Of a stretch of DNA of 30,808 bases, positions 26,669-30,808 are shown one piece after another. Made by a program: the position numbers and the translations under genes. The notes beneath the pieces are model-generated. The model made no database searches and was not told the origin of the DNA. It saw nothing but the letters and a program-made list of their open reading frames with translations. Position 1 is the first letter of the stretch. The number at the start of each line of letters is the position of its first letter. The stretch is from Pyrinomonadaceae bacterium (lineage in GTDB: Bacteria > Acidobacteriota > Blastocatellia > Pyrinomonadales > Pyrinomonadaceae), in the NCBI GenBank assembly GCA_039920205.1, contig JBDSEC010000038.1:1-30808 (forward strand). The letters are read 5' to 3'.

Positions 26669-27901
26669 ATGGCAAAAGGAGCACGGGTGACCAAAGAAAA
26701 AGATCTGATTGACGAGTTATTAAAGGATTACGAAAAGCCGGAGGATTTGCTGGGGGAAAATGGGCTGCTAAAGGAACTGACGAAGCGGCTGCTGGAGCGA
26801 GTAATGGGAGCGGAACTGACGCATCACGTTGGTTACGAGAAACACGATCCGGCGGGACATAATAGCGGGAACTCGCGGAACGGGAGTTCGGCGAAAACGC
26901 TGAAAGGAAGTTTTGGCACGATGCCGCTGGCGGTGCCGCGGGATCGAAACGGCACCTTTGAGCCACAGATCATTGAAAAGAATCAGACGCATTTTACCGG
27001 GTTCGACGCGAATATCATTTCGCTCTATTCGCGAGGCCTGTCGGTGCGTGAGATCCAGCAACATCTGGAAGAGATCTACCATGTCGAAGTTTCGCCGGCG
27101 TTGATCTCGGGGGTAACGGACGGGGTGGCGGAAGAGGTCAAAAGCTGGCAGAACCGGCAATTGGATCCGCTCTACTTCGTGGTTTATCTGGACGCAATTC
27201 AGTTCAAGGTGAGGGATAACGGACAGGTCAGAAACAAAGCGGTGTACTTGGCGATCGGCATCACGCGTGAAGGCAAGAAGGAAGTATTAGGCCTGTGGAT
27301 CGCGCAAACGGAAGGAGCCAAGTTTTGGTTGCAAGTAGTGACGGAACTGAAGAATCGGGGCGTAAAAGACATCATTATCGCGTGCGTGGATGGGCTCAAA
27401 GGGTTCCCCGAAGCGATTGAAAGCGTGTTCCCGCAAACTCAAGTACAGCTTTGTATCGTGCATCTCGTACGGCACTCGCTGAATTATGTCGGCTGGAAAC
27501 AGCGCAAGGAAGTCGCCCATGATCTGCGGTTGATCTACTCCGCGCCGACCGAGGTAGCGGCCGAACAGCAGTTGGCCGAGTTTGCGGAAAAGTGGGACTC
27601 CAAGTTCCCGATGATCGCGCGGTCCTGGCGAAATAACTGGGCCCGGGTGATTCCCCTATTCGGCTATCCGCCGGAGATTCGCCGGATCATTTATACGACC
27701 AATGCGATCGAGTCGTTGAACATGTCGCTGCGCAAAGTGACCAAAACGCGGGGGTCCTTCCCCCAGGACGAGGCGGTCTTCAAATTACTCTATTTGGCGC
27801 TACGCAATATCGCCAAGAAGTGGACCATGCCGGTACAAAACTGGAAGCAGGCGCTTAACTGCTTCGCCTTGCTTTATGAAGACCGACTGGCAGAACAGTG
27901 A
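26669..27901 (+). CDS. IS256-family (mutator-type) DDE transposase
   Basis: GGAGG RBS; NSRNG, VPRDRNGTFEP, DDE residues in YLDAI, CVDGLKGF and TTNAIESLN. Confidence 0.96.
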   Translation: MAKGARVTKEKDLIDELLKDYEKPEDLLGENGLLKELTKRLLERVMGAELTHHVGYEKHDPAGHNSGNSRNGSSAKTLKGSFGTMPLAVPRDRNGTFEPQIIEKNQTHFTGFDANIISLYSRGLSVREIQQHLEEIYHVEVSPALISGVTDGVAEEVKSWQNRQLDPLYFVVYLDAIQFKVRDNGQVRNKAVYLAIGITREGKKEVLGLWIAQTEGAKFWLQVVTELKNRGVKDIIIACVDGLKGFPEAIESVFPQTQVQLCIVHLVRHSLNYVGWKQRKEVAHDLRLIYSAPTEVAAEQQLAEFAEKWDSKFPMIARSWRNNWARVIPLFGYPPEIRRIIYTTNAIESLNMSLRKVTKTRGSFPQDEAVFKLLYLALRNIAKKWTMPVQNWKQALNCFALLYEDRLAEQ

Positions 27902-27941
27902 ACTCGGTAACATGCGGACCCTGATCGCATCATGGAAATTT

Positions 27942-28003
27942 TTTTCCGGGCGCCGGAGCGGCGCAAAAACGCGCGTTTTTACACCGCTCCGGCGCCCGGA
28001 AAA
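27942..28003. terminator. 62-bp near-perfect palindrome in the IS 3' region
   Basis: TTTTCCGGGCGCCGGAGCGG / CCGCTCCGGCGCCCGGAAAA 20-bp arms enclosing the perfect palindrome AAAAACGCGCGTTTTT. Confidence 0.7.
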
Positions 28004-28083
28004 CCAAAGATTAAGCAGAATCAAAACAACGGAACCGAAATCAAACCAAAGATCATTTACACAGAATATTTGACACTACCGCA

Positions 28084-28674
28084 ATGTTACGGTCCGAAGT
28101 AGAGGAACTACACTACATCACACCGATCGCAATTGTGCCTTCGATATTGCAGCAGGGCATTTTGTCGCATACACTTGCCGATGATGTGCCCCATGAATCT
28201 GTTGCAATGGCTGATATTCAGGATCGGCGCCGATTGAAACAAGTGGGAAACGGACGATCGCTGCACGATTACGTCAACTTGTATTTCAATGCGCACAATC
28301 CAATGCTAAGTCGATGTCGTGATCGGAACTCCTCCATTTGTGTTTTACGCGTCAATCCAATGGTATTGGATCATTCTCAAGCCGTTTTTTCCGACCGCAA
28401 TGCTGCCGCTGATATGGCGCTTTTTTCGACAGTTGACCTGGGACTCGCGGCGATCGACCGAACCCGACTTTTTGCGCGCTATTGGACACATCCGAACGAC
28501 CCGATGGAAGAGAGTCGACACAAGGCTGAAATGTGCGCTGAAGCCTTGATTCCAGACCGAGTTGACGGGAAATCTGTTATGGGCGCCTATGTTGCCAATC
28601 GTGCTGCGCGAGAGATGTTCTTGGGGCTGAAGACCGGTCTAAGTGTCCAAATCAACACAAACCTGTTCTTTTAA
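28084..28674 (+). CDS. darT: DarT DNA ADP-ribosyltransferase toxin (DUF4433)
   Basis: LHYITPI..VPSILQQGILS, LHDYVNLYFNAHNPML, FSDRNAA, catalytic Glu in CAEALIP; directly upstream of a macrodomain gene. Confidence 0.88.
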   Translation: MLRSEVEELHYITPIAIVPSILQQGILSHTLADDVPHESVAMADIQDRRRLKQVGNGRSLHDYVNLYFNAHNPMLSRCRDRNSSICVLRVNPMVLDHSQAVFSDRNAAADMALFSTVDLGLAAIDRTRLFARYWTHPNDPMEESRHKAEMCAEALIPDRVDGKSVMGAYVANRAAREMFLGLKTGLSVQINTNLFF

Positions 28675-28681
28675 CGATGCC

Positions 28682-29794
28682 ATGAAAGTTTTGATTGCAG
28701 ACATATTGAAGTCCGATTCCCAGACGCTGATCAATACGGTGAATTGCGTTGGCATCATGGGTAAGGGCATTGCCCTGGAATTTAAGAACCGGTACCCCGA
28801 GATGTTTGACGATTATGTCCGGCGATGTGCCAGACACGAAGTTAAGCCGGGTGTGCCATATATTTATCGCGGTCTATTCCCGCCCTACATAATCAATTTC
28901 CCGACTAAGGATCACTGGAAGTCGGTCTCGCGGCTAGCGGACATTGAGCGCGGGCTGCAGATCCTTTTGGAAAAATACCGGGAATGGGAGGTCACATCGC
29001 TGGCTATTCCGCCCTTGGGTTGTGGAAATGGACAGCTTGAGTGGAAACAGGTCGGTCCAATGATCTATCACTATGCCAAGCAGATGGATATCCCCGTTGA
29101 GATGTATGCACCATACGGTACGCCGCCGAAGGAGTTAACCATAGATTTTCTTTCTGCGGAACCGGCAGCGTCGGCCAAAATAAGGTCGCCGCCGACCGCT
29201 ATGAATCCAGCGTGGATCGGATTGGTCGAGATACTTCGACAGATCGAATCGAACCCATATCACTGGCCGGTCGGACGAATCATTTTTCAAAAGATCGCGT
29301 ATGTCGCGACCCGGGAAGGTCTTCCTACCGGGCTAGTTTATGCCAAAGGCAGTTACGGTCCCTTTAGTCCCGAGTTGAAAAACGTGCAAATGAAATTGTC
29401 CAATAGTAATTTGCTTCAGGAGGAGCGAAAGGGGCAGTTATTTGTTTTAACCGTTGGTTCCAAGTTCGAGCAAGTTCGCCAGGAATTTCAAGCCTCGCTG
29501 GTCGAATGGAAGTCGATCATTGATCGGACTACGGATCTGTTTCTGCGAATGAACTCGAACCAAGCCGAGGTAGTTGCGACAGTGATCTACTCGGCAGATC
29601 AGTTGCGCAAAGTGAAATGTGGCCCGCCATCCGAAGTCGAGGTGTTTGAATCTGTAATGCTTTGGAAACAGAAACGGTTGGAGAAGGCAGAGGTTGCTTC
29701 CGCGATCCGGAACCTTGCGATGCTTCGCTGGTTGGACGTTACGTTCGATGCGAATCTACCGGTTGTTGAAGAAGACGAGTTCGCGCCGGCTTAA
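28682..29794 (+). CDS. darG: DarG macrodomain antitoxin (DarTG2 type)
   Basis: LINTVNCVGIMGKGIALEFK, IINFPTKDHWK, AIPPLGCGNGQLEW, C-terminal QKIAY...YGPFS domain. ATG 28682 lies 7 bp after the darT stop. Confidence 0.92.
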   Translation: MKVLIADILKSDSQTLINTVNCVGIMGKGIALEFKNRYPEMFDDYVRRCARHEVKPGVPYIYRGLFPPYIINFPTKDHWKSVSRLADIERGLQILLEKYREWEVTSLAIPPLGCGNGQLEWKQVGPMIYHYAKQMDIPVEMYAPYGTPPKELTIDFLSAEPAASAKIRSPPTAMNPAWIGLVEILRQIESNPYHWPVGRIIFQKIAYVATREGLPTGLVYAKGSYGPFSPELKNVQMKLSNSNLLQEERKGQLFVLTVGSKFEQVRQEFQASLVEWKSIIDRTTDLFLRMNSNQAEVVATVIYSADQLRKVKCGPPSEVEVFESVMLWKQKRLEKAEVASAIRNLAMLRWLDVTFDANLPVVEEDEFAPA

Positions 29795-29930
29795 CTGCAA
29801 GTTTGGTCAATAGTGGCGGGCAGTGGTGGCCTGGTTCAAACCCGGTCGCCGCTGCCCGTGTTTTTGTGGAAAGAATATTTATGCCGTGGAACAATGCCAA
29901 GGGCACAAGCGCGCTGGGCCAGGGAAACCG

Positions 29931-30022
29931 GCGCAACCCCGTTGGGGTTGGAACACAAACCGCGTTTCCCTAGGGTAGCGAAGCGCAACCCTAGGCTGTA
30001 AGACGCAATCCCGTTGGGATTG
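29931..30022. repeat. Composite palindromic REP/MITE-like element
   Basis: CAACCCCGTTGGGGTTG and CAATCCCGTTGGGATTG palindromes bracket CCTAGGGT...ACCCTAGG. Confidence 0.7.
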
Positions 30023-30309
30023 AAAAATGACAACGCAATTGAGATAGTCAGTTTTTCGTATGACAAATCAAAACGCCGTTCTCACTTCGAATTTTCGTAG
30101 CCGATGGCGAACCGGATGGGTTGCGATTGGTCGAGCGATCTAGTTGGATCGGCAAGGCCGTGGTCTTTCCGCGTGCTCTGCGACGGCAGGTTAAGGGACG
30201 AAATAAACCGGTGGGCACCCGCCCGGACGGACAACAAGTTTCTACCGTGGCTTCTACGTACGAGGTTAGGCTCGGCTGAAGCCTCGACCCGGTCTGCTAA
30301 GCCGAAGCG

Positions 30310-30346
30310 GCACCCTCCCCTAACCCCTCCCAAAGGGCGGGGAACG
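30310..30346. repeat. CCCTCCCCTAACCCCTCCC...GGGCGGGG REP-like word
   Basis: Pyrimidine-rich arm followed by a purine-rich partial complement; single copy in the window. Confidence 0.35.
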
Positions 30347-30454
30347 GAAGCAGACGGTACCGACCTCATATCCGCGTGGCTCTCGCAGCTCGACTCGATT
30401 CTGAGGTGGATTAGGCTCGGGATGAAAGCGTCGGCGGCAGCGGCCCCGGTTTTC

Positions 30455-30632
30455 ATCGCGTAGCGATGGCGTGATTGTAGACGTGGGTTTTGAACCCACG
30501 GCGAGTGGATGAAATTGTTTGCGTCGCGTAGCCGACGCCGTGATTCAGGCGTCTGCTACGTGACGCGAAATCCAAAACGCCTTTCCGTGGGTTAAAACCC
30601 ACGGCTAAAATCATGTGACCGGTACCCGGTCG
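30455..30632. repeat. REP-like cluster (CGTGGGTT..AACCCACGG x2 with GTCGCGTAGC-type words)
   Basis: CGTGGGTTTTGAACCCACGG (about 30482) and CCGTGGGTTAAAACCCACGG (about 30585); CATCGCGTAGCGATG, CGTCGCGTAGCCGACG and a complementary GCTACGTGACG. Confidence 0.7.
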
Positions 30633-30660
30633 GGCGGCGGAAAAGCAAAGAATAATTAAC

Positions 30661-30734
30661 AATGGATAGTGGACAATGGACAATGGAAAATGTCGGAAAG
30701 TAGACGGTAGACAGTAGCCGGTAGCCAGTAGAAT
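30661..30734 (+). repeat. Two abutting heptamer arrays (AATGGAN)x5 and (GTAGMCN)x5
   Basis: aatggat agtggac aatggac aatggaa aatgtcg, then gtagacg gtagaca gtagccg gtagcca gtagaat. Confidence 0.8.
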
Positions 30735-30776
30735 AAGGACCGCCGTTGGCGGAACTTATTTGCGATTTACCTGTTA

Positions 30777-30808
30777 TGGTAGAATCTCGATCGTGAGGGC
30801 AAATCATG
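30777..30808 (+). promoter_or_regulatory. Extended -10 promoter, RBS and start codon of the next gene (outside window)
   Basis: TGGTAGAAT (30777-30785), GAGGG RBS, ATG at 30806-30808. Confidence 0.5.

Larger units (their letters stand above)
26609..28080 (+). mobile_element. IS256-family insertion sequence (1472 bp)
   Basis: IRL GAGCGTGTAAATTATTTTGTGTAAATGGTC and IRR (reverse complement) GGTAGTGTCAAATATTCTGTGTAAATGATC flank the transposase. No flanking direct repeat. Confidence 0.9.

Noticed and set aside
28070-28098. Outward-facing TTGACA in the IS right end as a hybrid promoter for darT
   Set aside because: No -10-like hexamer at 16-18 bp (TCCGAA at 17), and any start would fall inside darT.
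14052-28681. Longer ORF-track starts (14052, 16532, 16923, 19327, 22899, 25714, 28643)
   Set aside because: They overlap upstream genes or lack an RBS. The downstream starts at 14115, 16304, 16920, 19207, 22893, 25603 and 28682 fit RBS position or domain boundaries better.
8821-30734. CRISPR array interpretation of the repeated elements
   Set aside because: No regularly spaced 23-47-nt direct repeats with unique spacers, and no cas genes. The TPR-CHAT is not accompanied by Cas7-11.
29739-30807. ORFs 29813-30001, 29836-30066, 30082-30456, 30104-30463, 30453-30683 and 30592-30807
   Set aside because: They run through REP-like and heptamer repeats and give low-complexity translations with no motif.

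Overview
30.8-kb bacterial window. Gene content (zinc-ribbon membrane protein, DUF4384 kinase, TPR-CHAT, REP-like repeats) suggests Acidobacteriota, possibly Blastocatellia; this is an inference. Left part (1-11.9 kb, + strand) is mostly housekeeping: S9 peptidase (5' truncated), GNAT, aconitase AcnA, FGE-like protein, aldehyde dehydrogenase, OB-fold lipoprotein, DinB-like protein, zinc-ribbon protein and a MidA-type methyltransferase. A tightly coupled cytoplasmic gluzincin peptidase + ComEC-like MBL hydrolase pair follows (12.2-15.7 kb). The minus strand (16.1-25.6 kb) carries an ECF43-like sigma factor, a Ser/Thr kinase with a DUF4384 ectodomain, a small beta-rich orphan, an exported TPR-CHAT protease, a free DUF4384 protein and an LLM oxidoreductase. 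The best novel signals are: (i) an identical bipartite motif ATGAGG-N18-CGCATTA found twice on the minus strand, once upstream of the orphan/CHAT operon and once at the head of (ii) a ~540-nt densely base-paired non-coding region upstream of the sigma gene. Together these suggest a kinase-activated ECF regulon with a structured RNA. The right end has an IS256 without target-site duplication whose right end lies 3 bp before darT of a DarTG2 toxin-antitoxin pair, then a cluster of REP-like and heptamer repeats. No rRNA, tRNA or CRISPR array was seen.
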